Shown: positions 9,975-19,305, numbered from the stretch's first letter. The stretch: DNA of 64,000 bases from an uncultured Verrucomicrobiota bacterium (GCA_903910585.1 CAIWAH010000109.1:6511-70510); one strand, 5' to 3'. Notes: generated from the sequence alone by a model not told the origin. Numbers and translations are program-made.

Positions 9975-10733
9975 ATGAAGTTCGACATCACGCAATTGCT
10001 GGCCGACTGGGATTATCAGCCCGGCCAGGTCGTCGCCCGCCGGTTCATGGGCGAGGATGGCGCCGAAAAGGTGCAGTTGCGCGTGGATCTCGGCCTGCTC
10101 CAGATGAACGCGGAGGGTCGGCCGGACGGCAAACGACCGATGGGGCACGATTCCTGGTATGACTTCCACCTCGACCGCCTGGCCAAGCATCAGGAGGAGC
10201 ACGGCGACGACGAGTCGTTTGAGCTGGACGGGGAGTCGTGCGTCCGGCTGCAACAGGAGGCAATTCAGTTTCACCACCGATACATCTGCTTTTTTCAGCT
10301 GGAGGACTACACATCAGTCGAGCGCGACTGCGACCGGAACCTCGCGGTATTTGAGCTCGTGGCCCAATACGCCGCCAATGAGGAGCTCGCCTGGTCCCTG
10401 CTCCAGCTCGTGCCCCAGCTCCTCATGATGCGCACCCGGGCCCGGGGCACCGCCGCGCTCAAGCGCCGCAAGTTCGCCGCCGCCTGCAAGGCCATCGAGG
10501 AGGGCATCACCGAGATCGAGGAATTCTACCGCGACAACGAGCGCGAGGACCTGCTGGAGAACAGCGGCGAGGTCGCGTCGCTGCGGCACTGGCTCGGCGA
10601 GATCAAGGCCAAGCGTCCGCTCAGTGCGCTGGAAAAGCTGCAGCGGCAGCTGGATGAGGCCATCCGGGTCGAGGACTACGAGAAGGCCGCCAAGGTCCGC
10701 GACGAAATGAAGAAACTTCAGGCCTCCGAATAA
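9975..10733 (+). CDS. UVR (UvrB/UvrC motif) domain-containing protein
   Basis: Internal ATG at 9975 of track ORF 8832..10733 (MKFDITQLLADWDYQPG). C-terminal UVR motif: LEKLQRQLDEAIRVEDYEKAAKVRDEMKKL. The upstream part of the track ORF overlaps the HTTM-like gene out of frame. Confidence 0.7.
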   Translation: MKFDITQLLADWDYQPGQVVARRFMGEDGAEKVQLRVDLGLLQMNAEGRPDGKRPMGHDSWYDFHLDRLAKHQEEHGDDESFELDGESCVRLQQEAIQFHHRYICFFQLEDYTSVERDCDRNLAVFELVAQYAANEELAWSLLQLVPQLLMMRTRARGTAALKRRKFAAACKAIEEGITEIEEFYRDNEREDLLENSGEVASLRHWLGEIKAKRPLSALEKLQRQLDEAIRVEDYEKAAKVRDEMKKLQASE

Positions 10734-10742
10734 CGGCTTACC

Positions 10743-11189
10743 ATGACACTCACCGAAAAAATCACCGCCGAACTCAAGGCCTCCATGCTGGCCAAGGACG
10801 CCGACCGCACCGGGGCGCTGCGGATGCTCAAGTCGGCCATCGGCTACGCGCAGATCGAGAAGAAGGTGGAGCCTTTGCCGGATGCCGACGCGCTCACGGT
10901 CGTCCAGAAAGAAGCCAAGAAACGCCGCGACGCCATCGCTGAGTTCGAACGCGGCGGCCGGGCGGAACTTGCCGCCAAGGAAGCGGCGGAGCTCAAAGTG
11001 CTGGAGGAGTTCCTGCCGAAACAGCTTTCCGCCGAGGAGCTCGAAGCGCTGGTTAAGGCCGCCATCGCCGAAGTCGGGGCCACTTCCAAAAAGGACATGG
11101 GCGCGGTCATGAAGGCCGCCCAGGCCAAGGCGGCCGGACGGGCCGACGGCAAAACCCTGAGCGGTTTAGTCAACCGGCTGCTGCCGTAA
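10743..11189 (+). CDS. GatB/YqeY domain-containing protein
   Basis: MTLTEKITAELKASMLAKDADRTGALRMLKSAI...LSAEELEALVKAAIAEVGATSKKDMGAVMK is the typical YqeY layout. Confidence 0.85.
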   Translation: MTLTEKITAELKASMLAKDADRTGALRMLKSAIGYAQIEKKVEPLPDADALTVVQKEAKKRRDAIAEFERGGRAELAAKEAAELKVLEEFLPKQLSAEELEALVKAAIAEVGATSKKDMGAVMKAAQAKAAGRADGKTLSGLVNRLLP

Positions 11190-11262
11190 CCCCTTCGGCA
11201 CCACAACCGGCGCTGGCGCCCGGTCGCCGCTGCGGGCAGGCTGGGTCCGCTCCGAATCGCCG

Positions 11263-11850
11263 ATGAACCTGCCGAACCAGCTGACGGTTTCCCGTTTCGC
11301 CCTCACGGGCCTTTTCCTCGCCGTGATGTTCGCGGAATTCCGGGGGCATGAGACCGTGGCCCTCGTCCTGTTCAGCGTCGCGGGAATCACCGACTTTCTG
11401 GACGGCCGGATCGCCCGCCAGCGCAAACTGATCACCAATTTCGGCATCCTGATGGACCCGCTGGCCGACAAGATCCTGACCTGTTCGGCGTTCATCGCGT
11501 TCGTCGGCCGCGGCTACATGCCGGCCTGGATGGTGGTCATCATCGTCGCCCGGGAACTGGCCATCACCGGACTGCGCCTGCTGGCTGCCTCGAAGAATCT
11601 CGTGCTGGCGGCGGAGGGATTCGGCAAGCACAAGACCATTTCCCAGATCGTCACCATCGTCGCCGTGCTGACGGTGCTGAGTTACCCGCAATGGGGACCG
11701 GTCGGAGCCGTTTTCGGTTGGGAGATCGACGGCCGCGCGTGGGTTGCATGGGTCGCGGAGTTCTCGAAATGGACTTCGGTCGGGCTAACCCTGCTGAGCG
11801 GAGGCATCTACCTGTGGCGCAACCGGGAGATTTACCTGAGCGACATGTGA
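11263..11850 (+). CDS. pgsA: CDP-diacylglycerol--glycerol-3-phosphate 3-phosphatidyltransferase
   Basis: CDP-alcohol phosphatidyltransferase motif DFLDGRIARQRKLITNFGILMDPLADKIL. Multi-TM, 195 aa. Confidence 0.9.
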   Translation: MNLPNQLTVSRFALTGLFLAVMFAEFRGHETVALVLFSVAGITDFLDGRIARQRKLITNFGILMDPLADKILTCSAFIAFVGRGYMPAWMVVIIVARELAITGLRLLAASKNLVLAAEGFGKHKTISQIVTIVAVLTVLSYPQWGPVGAVFGWEIDGRAWVAWVAEFSKWTSVGLTLLSGGIYLWRNREIYLSDM

Positions 11851-11859
11851 GGTCCCGAA

Positions 11860-12627
11860 ATGCTGGCTGGGCTCTCAAACTCCGAACTGATCGCCGCCGC
11901 CGTGGTGGCGTTGCTGTTGTTTCTGGGGATTCGCAAGCTGGGTCAACTGGCCGACGGTGTTCGGACCGGAATGGACGAGTTCAAGCGCGCTGCCCGCGAA
12001 GTGAGCGACGAACTGAAGCCGCGGCAATTTGATCCCGTCGCCGAAGCACTGACGCCCGACAACCAAACCGGCGAATCCCCGGCACCGAAATCTCCGGATA
12101 CAACCGCGGCAATCATCGTCTGGGTCGCGCAGGGACTTGGCATCGGCCGAATTCCCTTTGCGCCGGGAACGTGGGGCTCGCTCCTTGGCCTTCTCTGGGC
12201 GCTGGTCCTGCTCTGGCCAGGGTCTCCGGGATTCTACCTGCTCGGTATTCTCGCGTCGGCCTTGGTGGCCGTCGAAATCTGCGACGCGGCAGAGCGGATT
12301 CTTGGGCAGCACGACCCGGGCTCAGTCGTGCTCGACGAGATCGTCGCCATGCCCATCGCCTTGGGCGGCTATGTGGGCCTCTGGTGGTGGCAGTCAGGCG
12401 AATTGCCCGAACCGGCGCGTTTTCCCAAATGGTGGCCGGCGGCGGCGGGCGCCTTTGCGCTGTTCCGCCTGTTCGACATCTGGAAGCCATGGCCCATCCG
12501 CCGGCTGCAATCGCTTCGCGGCGGCTGGGGGGTGGTGGCCGACGACTTGGCCGCCGGACTGGTGGCCGCAGCCGTGCTCTGGGCCGGCGCGCAGGCGGCG
12601 TTCGTGATCCAGTTGATCCGTGGATAG
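11860..12627 (+). CDS. pgpA: Phosphatidylglycerophosphatase A with an N-terminal TatA/E-like extension
   Basis: PgpA core: GRIPFAPGTWGSLLG...HDPGSVVLDEIVAMP...FRLFDIWKPWPIRRL. The first ~55 aa (MLAGLSNSELIAAAVVALLLFLGIRKLGQLADGVRTGMDEFKRAAREV) resemble the TatA TM plus amphipathic helix. There is no stop between the two parts. Confidence 0.8.
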   Translation: MLAGLSNSELIAAAVVALLLFLGIRKLGQLADGVRTGMDEFKRAAREVSDELKPRQFDPVAEALTPDNQTGESPAPKSPDTTAAIIVWVAQGLGIGRIPFAPGTWGSLLGLLWALVLLWPGSPGFYLLGILASALVAVEICDAAERILGQHDPGSVVLDEIVAMPIALGGYVGLWWWQSGELPEPARFPKWWPAAAGAFALFRLFDIWKPWPIRRLQSLRGGWGVVADDLAAGLVAAAVLWAGAQAAFVIQLIRG

Positions 12628-12660
12628 ACGCCGCCCGCGCTTTGCCGGTGTGGAGCGCAG

Positions 12661-13383
12661 TTACTGGAGCTTCTTTTTGGCGTCGTCCGGCGCCTCAATC
12701 TTGGTGGTGCCCACGTCCTTGATCTCGACGGTGGTGGTCCGGTTGATCTCCCGGTCATTGCCGTTGAAGCTCATCGTGCCCTGCACGGAGAACTGGTATT
12801 TGGCCAACGCGCCGTCCTTCACCCAGAATTTTGCGGAACCCTTGGCCCCGCTGATCTCGGGGCCGTTGCCGCCGCCGCGGCCCCCGAAGGACAGCAATGA
12901 CTTCGCACCGGCCTCGGTCAGCTCGCCACCCAGGCTATCACCGTCCTTCTTCAGCTCCTTGACCTGCTCGGCGAGATCCGCCGCCTGCACCGCCGGGGTT
13001 TTGTAATTGGCCAGCATGCGCGCGGCGAACCGGGCGGGATTCTGCCGGTCCTGGTCATTGGCCAGTTCATCGGCCGTCTGCCAGCCGTCCGCCGTCTTCA
13101 CGACGCCTTTGCCGCCTTTGAGGATGGCCACAATCGTGTTGTCGCCCCGCACCATCGAGAGGTGGGTAAAACCGCCCTTTTCCGTTTTCCCATCCGTCGG
13201 ACCACCACCCCGGCCGCCACCACCTCCACCGCCGGCATTTTCAATGCTCGATTTCCAGCTGTAGCTGGACTGGTCCGCGAGGGATTTGGCGGCGGCTTTG
13301 ACGTCGTCTTTGGTCGCGGCATCAGCCGCCAACAGGAGACCGGCGGTCGCAAAGAAACTGGCAAGTGTGGGCAGGGGCTTCAT
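12661..13383 (-). CDS. Secreted hypothetical protein with poly-Gly tracts
   Basis: Signal peptide MKPLPTLASFFATAGLLLAADA. GGGGGGGRGGG and GGRGGGNG tracts. 240 aa. Confidence 0.7.
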   Translation of the reverse strand: MKPLPTLASFFATAGLLLAADAATKDDVKAAAKSLADQSSYSWKSSIENAGGGGGGGRGGGPTDGKTEKGGFTHLSMVRGDNTIVAILKGGKGVVKTADGWQTADELANDQDRQNPARFAARMLANYKTPAVQAADLAEQVKELKKDGDSLGGELTEAGAKSLLSFGGRGGGNGPEISGAKGSAKFWVKDGALAKYQFSVQGTMSFNGNDREINRTTTVEIKDVGTTKIEAPDDAKKKLQ

Positions 13384-13531
13384 GGAACAATTGGACGAGG
13401 TGTTTGTTGCGTTAACGGGAACCCGACCAATGACGGTTCCTCCCGGGACTGGTTACAGGAGAATTGCCGGCTCAAAAGTCCGGTAAAGTTTTGACCGCTG
13501 AAACGGCGGCTGAAACCTTCCGGGGCGAAAC

Positions 13532-13942
13532 ATGACTCCGAATCGCATCATTCCCGATCTCCAGTGCTCCCTTTTGTGTGAAGACATCCGGCAGGAAGCT
13601 TCCGGCAATCTCATCCTGATTGGCGTGATCAACGTCATCCGTGTGCCGCAGGTGCCCATCACCGCCGCCCGGCTGCTGATCATGAACCGGTGGTGCTCGG
13701 GCATTGGCACCTTCACCGAAACCGTCCGCCTGATCGGACCGGACGGAACCGTCCTCCGGAAGAACTCGGCAAAGTTCCAACTGGGCGACCCGACGCAGAT
13801 CGCCGTGCTGGCCAACATGTTCAGCAACATTGAGTTCCCGGCCGGCGGGGTTTACCACATCGAGGTGCTGGTGGACGAGGTGATGAAGCTCCGCTACCCG
13901 GTGCCCGTGGTAGTCGTGCCCCAGCAGGGGCAGGCCGCCTGA
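13532..13942 (+). CDS. Hypothetical protein
   Basis: 136-aa ORF with protein-like composition (MTPNRIIPDLQCSLLCEDIRQEASGNLILIGV...), followed by a hairpin terminator. Confidence 0.6.
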   Translation: MTPNRIIPDLQCSLLCEDIRQEASGNLILIGVINVIRVPQVPITAARLLIMNRWCSGIGTFTETVRLIGPDGTVLRKNSAKFQLGDPTQIAVLANMFSNIEFPAGGVYHIEVLVDEVMKLRYPVPVVVVPQQGQAA

Positions 13943-13959
13943 ACTTGGCCCCCGTCTCT

Positions 13960-14002
13960 GAAGCCGGCCGCGAGTCGATCCTCCGGCCGGCTTCTTTCAT
14001 TT
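13960..14002 (+). terminator. Rho-independent terminator candidate
   Basis: An 11-bp stem gaagccggccg / cggccggcttc (13960-13994) is followed by tttcattt. Confidence 0.6.
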
Positions 14003-14888
14003 GCCCTGGTCTCCCGGGCGCGTTCGAATCAAATCCGTGACCGAAGCTGCCACAACTCCAACCCGCGGTTCCCGCATCCGGGCGTGGATCGGTCCTTGGC
14101 AGCCGCTTACCGGTGGTGGCGTGGCGGCATTTGGGGAAGCGACCTGGTCCCGGGTCTTGGTATTCCAGTTGGCCGGGGGTATGGCGGCGGCCTTCCTGAT
14201 GCTGATTTCCGCCAACGTTGCCTGGACGCCGACCGTGGAGCAGTCCCTCCAGCAGTTGCCGGATTCTGGCGGCGAAATCCGAGGCGGTCGGTTGGTGTGG
14301 CCCAATCGCGAAAGCCGAATTTGGGCTGAACGCCCCCAGCTCGCCTTGGGGATCGTTCCTACGGGCGGCGCGCCTCTTGGGTTGAGCAGCGACCTCCAGG
14401 TGGAATTTCGGTCGGATTCAATCTGGTTGCGCGGAGTCCTTGGGGTCGCGTCCCTGCCCTATCCGTCGGATTTGGAACTGACGCTTTCCCGCACGGCCGG
14501 ACCGGCCGCATGGGATGCATGGCGTCCCGCCCTGGCCACCGCGCTGGGGGCGGCGGCCATGTTGGTTCACCTCAGCGTCGCTTCGGCTCTGGGACTGGTG
14601 GTCCTGTTGCCGGCGTGGGCGGTATCGGCGCTGACCCGGCGGGCGGGTGGGTTTGGCGGTGCGGCGAAGGTCAGCTGCATGGCCGCTCAGGCACCGCTGC
14701 TAATGGGTTGGTTCGCAGTGGTGGCCTACGCAAGCCGAGCCGTTTCGCTATCCGCGTTGGGACTCGGGTTGGGGATGGTTCCGCTCCTGCACCTCGTCAT
14801 GTGCGGTTGGGCAATCGTCGCGCTTCCCGCCGCCGCCGGTTCGCCTCCCGGTTCCCGGAGTCGGAATCCCTTTACCGAGCAGAAGTAG
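14001..14888 (+). CDS. Hypothetical polytopic membrane protein (start uncertain; GTG at 14037 is an alternative)
   Basis: Hydrophobic helices: VLVFQLAGGMAAAFLMLISANVAW, AAMLVHLSVASALGLVVLLPAWAV, LLMGWFAVVAYA, GMVPLLHLVMCGWAIVALPAAA. The TTG at 14001 sits inside the upstream terminator tail, so the true start is probably later. Confidence 0.5.
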   Translation: MPWSPGRVRIKSVTEAATTPTRGSRIRAWIGPWQPLTGGGVAAFGEATWSRVLVFQLAGGMAAAFLMLISANVAWTPTVEQSLQQLPDSGGEIRGGRLVWPNRESRIWAERPQLALGIVPTGGAPLGLSSDLQVEFRSDSIWLRGVLGVASLPYPSDLELTLSRTAGPAAWDAWRPALATALGAAAMLVHLSVASALGLVVLLPAWAVSALTRRAGGFGGAAKVSCMAAQAPLLMGWFAVVAYASRAVSLSALGLGLGMVPLLHLVMCGWAIVALPAAAGSPPGSRSRNPFTEQK

Positions 14889-14901
14889 GCGCTGCCAAGC
14901 A

Positions 14902-14927
14902 AAACGGCCGCCCGAAGGCGGCCGTTT
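14902..14927 (-). terminator. Hairpin terminator after the cox cluster (also faces the convergent + gene)
   Basis: Perfect 11-bp stem aaacggccgcc-cgaa-ggcggccgttt. In the minus orientation it is followed by ttttgctt. Confidence 0.7.
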
Positions 14928-14949
14928 GTGTCCGGGGAAACGGGTCCGA

Positions 14950-15732
14950 TCACTCAAAGCTCTGGGCGCCTCCGGAGGCAGCCTTCTTGGCGAACCATTC
15001 GGCGTATTCCGCGTCGGCCACCACCTTGAATTCACCCTTCATGGTCGAGTGCAGGTTGCCACACAGCTGGGCGCAGATGATCATGTAATCACCGGGTTTG
15101 GTGGCCTTGAAGTGCACAGGGATGGTCATTCCGGGGATCGCATCCTGGGTCACGCGCATCCGGGGCAGCTTGAAGCAGTGGATGACGTCCATCGACGAGA
15201 TCCGGCAAATGACATCGCGGTTCAGCGGCACGTAAAACGGCTCACGCAGGCAGGTCACATCGTCCTTGGCGCCAGCATCTGCGGAGTCGAGACCGAACGG
15301 ATTCGTCGCACTGGCGTGCTGGATGCCCTGTTTGCCCCAGACTCCATCCGGACCGGCGTAGTGGGCGTTCCACGCAAACTGCTGACCTTGGATCGCGATC
15401 TCGATGGGATCGGTCTTCGCGTCGCCCTTCTTGGTGGGAAACTCATCAACCGCCTTGGCCCACAGCGGGATGGCGAAACCGAGCAGCAACAGCGCCTCGA
15501 TCGCGGCCACGCCGACTTCCGCATAGGAGCTGAAGTGGGACTTGGCGCCGGCGTAGTCGGCCTTGGGATTGGCCGAGCTGCGGAACCGGAACACGGTGTA
15601 TAGGAAGTAGCCCAGCCAGCCGACGAACAGCGCCGCCATCAGCAGGTGGATGTAAATGATGAACTGGTCAATGCCCGCCCCGTGGGCCGAAGCCACATCG
15701 GGAAGGTTCAAAATCTTAGAGAAGAATTCCAT
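14950..15732 (-). CDS. coxB: Cytochrome c oxidase subunit II (CuA domain, no fused cytochrome c)
   Basis: Internal ATG at 15732 (MEFFSKILNLPDV). Two N-terminal TM helices. CuA ligands: DVIHCFKLP ... CAQLCGNLHSTM. Confidence 0.88.
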   Translation of the reverse strand: MEFFSKILNLPDVASAHGAGIDQFIIYIHLLMAALFVGWLGYFLYTVFRFRSSANPKADYAGAKSHFSSYAEVGVAAIEALLLLGFAIPLWAKAVDEFPTKKGDAKTDPIEIAIQGQQFAWNAHYAGPDGVWGKQGIQHASATNPFGLDSADAGAKDDVTCLREPFYVPLNRDVICRISSMDVIHCFKLPRMRVTQDAIPGMTIPVHFKATKPGDYMIICAQLCGNLHSTMKGEFKVVADAEYAEWFAKKAASGGAQSFE

Positions 15733-15748
15733 GGCAGTGAGTCGGAGG

Positions 15749-16006
15749 TCAGGAAGCTGAAGGGGAGGATTGATCGGGCTGGGACGATTCTGTTTCCAGA
15801 CGGGATGCCCGGCGAACAATGAAGACGAAGAAGCTGGCGACCGCGGCCAGCATCGTGCCGATGACCGCCAGGAGGGTCAGGATTCCGGCGTTCATCCCGT
15901 AGGCCAGCGCCGAATCGCTGCGGCCAAAACACGCCGCACAGGCCGAGGCCTCATGGGCCGTCGCGCAGGCCACGAGGACAGCGAAGATGAATTGTGCCCG
16001 CCTCAT
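15749..16006 (-). CDS. Small signal-peptide/TM protein with a CAAC motif (cox-cluster accessory candidate)
   Basis: MRRAQFIFAVLVACATAHEASACAACFGRSD, followed by the TM helix ILTLLAVIGTMLAAVASFFVFIV. Packed between cox genes. Confidence 0.5.
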   Translation of the reverse strand: MRRAQFIFAVLVACATAHEASACAACFGRSDSALAYGMNAGILTLLAVIGTMLAAVASFFVFIVRRASRLETESSQPDQSSPSAS

Positions 16007-16008
16007 GT

Positions 16009-16215
16009 TCACAGGTAGCTGATGTTTTTGAATTTGCGGAGGAAATATCGGCCGTAGACCAGCATCCCACCGATAGCCACCAGACAAACCGAACCCCACA
16101 CGGCCTGCGAGATGGCACCGTCGGCGCGGAAGTTGCCGAAGCACCATCCGGACAGCACCAGCAACAGGAGCACGGAAGCCGTGACGAACGCAATATGAAA
16201 TGCTTTAAGGGACAT
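16009..16215 (-). CDS. Small two-TM membrane protein (cox-cluster accessory candidate)
   Basis: MSLKAFHIAFVTASVLLLLVLSGWCF...VWGSVCLVAIGGMLVYGRYF. Overlaps the coxIV stop by 11 nt. Confidence 0.5.
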   Translation of the reverse strand: MSLKAFHIAFVTASVLLLLVLSGWCFGNFRADGAISQAVWGSVCLVAIGGMLVYGRYFLRKFKNISYL

Positions 16216-16567
16216 AGTGGGTCTTCTTTGCCGAATCCCGGGGAAGATCACCGTCGCTCCAAAGGATCAGGCCAACCATTCCGACGAAAAACACCGCGGT
16301 CGTCACCAGAGTGAGGTAAACGGTCTTTTTTTCGGACATCAGGTGCATGAAATACCCGGCCACCAGAAATGCCTTGATGGAGGCGATGAACAGGGCGACC
16401 GCCACCGTCAGCGCGACACTGTGGAATTCCCATTCCCGGGCCAACACCGTCACGACGGTGCCCACCAGAAGGGCAATGCCGACCGCCCAATAGATTTTCT
16501 TGTGAGACGCCACGTCATGGTCGTGATCGTGACCGTGCGCGGAGGCTGAGTGAGAGGATTCGCTCAT
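16205..16567 (-). CDS. Cytochrome c oxidase subunit IV (bacterial CoxIV family)
   Basis: His-rich N-terminus and three TM helices. IASIKAFLVAGYFMHLMSEKK matches the prokaryotic Cox4 signature. Confidence 0.8.
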   Translation of the reverse strand: MSESSHSASAHGHDHDHDVASHKKIYWAVGIALLVGTVVTVLAREWEFHSVALTVAVALFIASIKAFLVAGYFMHLMSEKKTVYLTLVTTAVFFVGMVGLILWSDGDLPRDSAKKTHYVP

Positions 16568-16582
16568 GACAGGAATTGGAGA

Positions 16583-17446
16583 TCAGAGGAGGTAAACGAC
16601 GGGGAATAGGAAAATCCAAACCAAGTCAACGAAGTGCCAGAAAAGGCCGGCCACCTCGATGCGGTTGGTGAACTGCTCCGGGTGCTGTTGCCAGAACTTG
16701 CGACCGAGGAACGCGAAATATCCGAGCACAAGCGCTCCGGCGAGCACGTGCAGACCGTGCAGGAAGGTCATCGTGAAATAGATCGCAAAGAACGTGGCCG
16801 TGGACGGCACGAACGCCTTGAGACTCGCGATGTCAGCCACCTTGAATTCCTTTTCCTCGTGGTGTTTGCCGGCCTTGTGGGCTTCGTGCACCGCTTCCGG
16901 AATCTTCATTCCCACGGGGAACCGGAACTTGTTCGGAACATCGACTTCGACCTTGAGGGCCTCGATCTTTTTCTCCTCCACGTCCTGAAGGGTCCAGAAA
17001 CGCGGGCTGTGACCATCCACGTTCAAGTGCCCCGTAACGGCCGAACCGTCCTTCAGGCGAACCACGTAGTGAGTGAACTTCTCGTTATACTCAAAGGTCT
17101 TGATCGTCAGAAAGCCCAGCGCACAGGCCACGGTGAAGACCATGAACTTTTGAAATTTCGGGAAATTGTTCTCCTTCAACGCCGCCCACGCCATGACCAC
17201 CGTCACAGAGGAAGCGATCAGCACCGCGGTGTTGAACGTGCCGATGGGGATGTTGAGCAACCCGTGCGGCCAACCGGTCGCCACGTCGGGCCAAAAGCCC
17301 TCCGGGGCACCAACCCGCAACAGGATGTAAGCCGAAAAGAAGGCGCCAAACAGCATCACTTCGGACGCCAGAAACAGCCAGATACCGACCTTGGCGTTGT
17401 AGAGCCCCGTATCCGGGCGGGGCTTTACCGTGTAAGGAATTTCCAT
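16583..17446 (-). CDS. ctaE: Cytochrome c oxidase subunit III
   Basis: Internal ATG at 17446 (MEIPYTVKPRPDTGLYNAKVGIWLFLASEVMLFGAFFSAY). C-terminal FTMTFLHGLHVLAGALVLGYF...WHFVDLVWIFLFPVVYLL. Confidence 0.88.
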   Translation of the reverse strand: MEIPYTVKPRPDTGLYNAKVGIWLFLASEVMLFGAFFSAYILLRVGAPEGFWPDVATGWPHGLLNIPIGTFNTAVLIASSVTVVMAWAALKENNFPKFQKFMVFTVACALGFLTIKTFEYNEKFTHYVVRLKDGSAVTGHLNVDGHSPRFWTLQDVEEKKIEALKVEVDVPNKFRFPVGMKIPEAVHEAHKAGKHHEEKEFKVADIASLKAFVPSTATFFAIYFTMTFLHGLHVLAGALVLGYFAFLGRKFWQQHPEQFTNRIEVAGLFWHFVDLVWIFLFPVVYLL

Positions 17447-17487
17447 GTGGGAATGTAGGAGTGGTTCGTTTTGAAGGGATACCGTGT

Positions 17488-19305
17488 TCAGCCGGGCTGC
17501 CCCTGCGGAGTGAAGTCCTTCTTTGAGCCCGGCACGCTGTATTCGTAGGGTCCGCGGTGGGCCACAGGTTCCGTGGCAAAATTGCCGTGCGGGGGCGGCG
17601 TCGGGGTCTGCCAGTCCAGCGTCGTGGCTTCCCACGGATTGTCCGATTCGACCTTCTTGCCGTTCCAGATGCTCCAGAAGAAGTTGAAAATGAACGGCAA
17701 CTGGAACAGCGCCAGGGCGATCGCGGCGGCCGTGATCGCGTTGTTCAGCCTCAGCACACCAGGGTCGGCACCCACGCCCGAGCCGAAGTAGGTCGCGCCA
17801 CCGTCATACATGCGCCGGCTCATGCCCCGGAGTCCCTGGATGAACATCGGCATGAAGATGCCGTTCATGCAGATCAGCGAGCCGAACCAGTGAATTTTGC
17901 CGAGCGTTTCGCTCATCATCCGGCCCGTGGCCTTGGGGAACCAGAAGTAGATGCCCGCGAAAATGCCAAAGATCGTTCCCGGGGCCACCACGTAGTGGAA
18001 GTGGCCGATCACGTAGTAGGAATCGTGCAGATAGATGTCGGACGCATTGAAGCCCAGCGGGAGACCAGTCAGACCGCCGATGCCGAACATCGGCAAAAAC
18101 GACAGGGCGAACAGCATCGGGGTGTTGAACCGGATGGAACCGCCCCACAGCGAGATGAACAGCGCCGTCAGAATGATGACCGATGGGATCGAGATCATCA
18201 TCGTCGTGGTCTGGAAGAACGTGGCGATCTTGGTGCCCATGCCAGTCAGATACATGTGGTGAGCCCAAACGATGAACGCGAGGAAACCGATGGAAAGCAC
18301 CGCATAGACCAGGGACTTGTAGCCCCAAAGCGGCTTGCGGGTGTTGTTCGCGATGACTTCGGCCACGATGCCCATCGCCGGCAGAATGAGCACGTAAACC
18401 TCGGGATGGGCGAGGAACCAGAACAGGTGCTGCCAGAGCAGCGGGCTGCCGCCGCCGGAAACATCCGGCTTACTGCCGTTGACCACCAAGCCGGTCGGCA
18501 GGAAGAAGGAGGTGCCGAGAACGTTGTCGGCCAATTGCATCAAGCCGGCCGCTTCGAGCGGGGGAAACGCGAGCAGCAGCAGGAACGCGGTCACGAACTG
18601 CGCCCAGACAAAGAAGGGCAGCCGCATCCAGGTCATGCCCTTGGCCCGCAGCTGGATGATGGTGGCGATGAAGTTGACCGCACCCAGCAGCGACGAAGTG
18701 ATCAGCAGGACCATGCCCACCAGCCACAGCGTTTGACCGTTGATGAAATTGGAGTCAGCCATGGTGGCGAGCGGCGAGTAGCTCGTCCAACCGGACTTGG
18801 CCGCGCCGCCGGGAATGAAGAAGCTGGAGAGCATCACGGCGCCGCCCCAGAAAAACAGGTGGTAGCTGGCCATGTTCAGGCGGGGGAACGCCATGTCCGG
18901 CGCACCAATCTGCAGCGGCGTCACGTAGTTGCCGAACGCGCCGAACAGCAGCGGAACGATCGCCAAGAACACCATGATGGTGCCGTGCATGGCGCCGAAG
19001 GCGTTGTAAAGGTCAGCCTGCATCACACCGCCCTTCGCCATGTCCTCGCCCAGGGCCTTTTCCATCAGTCCGCCGACCAAGGGAATCGGTTGGCCCGGGT
19101 GAGCCAGCTGGTAGCGCATCGCCAGCATCAGCAGGAAGCCGAACAGCAGGAACAGCAGGGACGTGATTCCGTATTGGATGCCGATCATCTTGTGATCGGT
19201 GGAGAAAATGTATTTCTGCCAGAATCCCGGCTCGTGGTGAGCATGGGCATCTTCGTGGGCATGCCCTGGTGCGTGCGTCGTTGCAGTCTGCATAAGGTTG
19301 GTCAA
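17488..19305 (-). CDS. ctaD: Cytochrome c oxidase subunit I (heme-copper oxidase, A-family)
   Basis: LFWFLAHPEVYVLILPAMG, VWAHHMYLTGMG and HDSYYVIGHFHYVV are canonical heme a/a3-CuB ligand regions. 605 aa. Confidence 0.95.
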   Translation of the reverse strand: MTNLMQTATTHAPGHAHEDAHAHHEPGFWQKYIFSTDHKMIGIQYGITSLLFLLFGFLLMLAMRYQLAHPGQPIPLVGGLMEKALGEDMAKGGVMQADLYNAFGAMHGTIMVFLAIVPLLFGAFGNYVTPLQIGAPDMAFPRLNMASYHLFFWGGAVMLSSFFIPGGAAKSGWTSYSPLATMADSNFINGQTLWLVGMVLLITSSLLGAVNFIATIIQLRAKGMTWMRLPFFVWAQFVTAFLLLLAFPPLEAAGLMQLADNVLGTSFFLPTGLVVNGSKPDVSGGGSPLLWQHLFWFLAHPEVYVLILPAMGIVAEVIANNTRKPLWGYKSLVYAVLSIGFLAFIVWAHHMYLTGMGTKIATFFQTTTMMISIPSVIILTALFISLWGGSIRFNTPMLFALSFLPMFGIGGLTGLPLGFNASDIYLHDSYYVIGHFHYVVAPGTIFGIFAGIYFWFPKATGRMMSETLGKIHWFGSLICMNGIFMPMFIQGLRGMSRRMYDGGATYFGSGVGADPGVLRLNNAITAAAIALALFQLPFIFNFFWSIWNGKKVESDNPWEATTLDWQTPTPPPHGNFATEPVAHRGPYEYSVPGSKKDFTPQGQPG

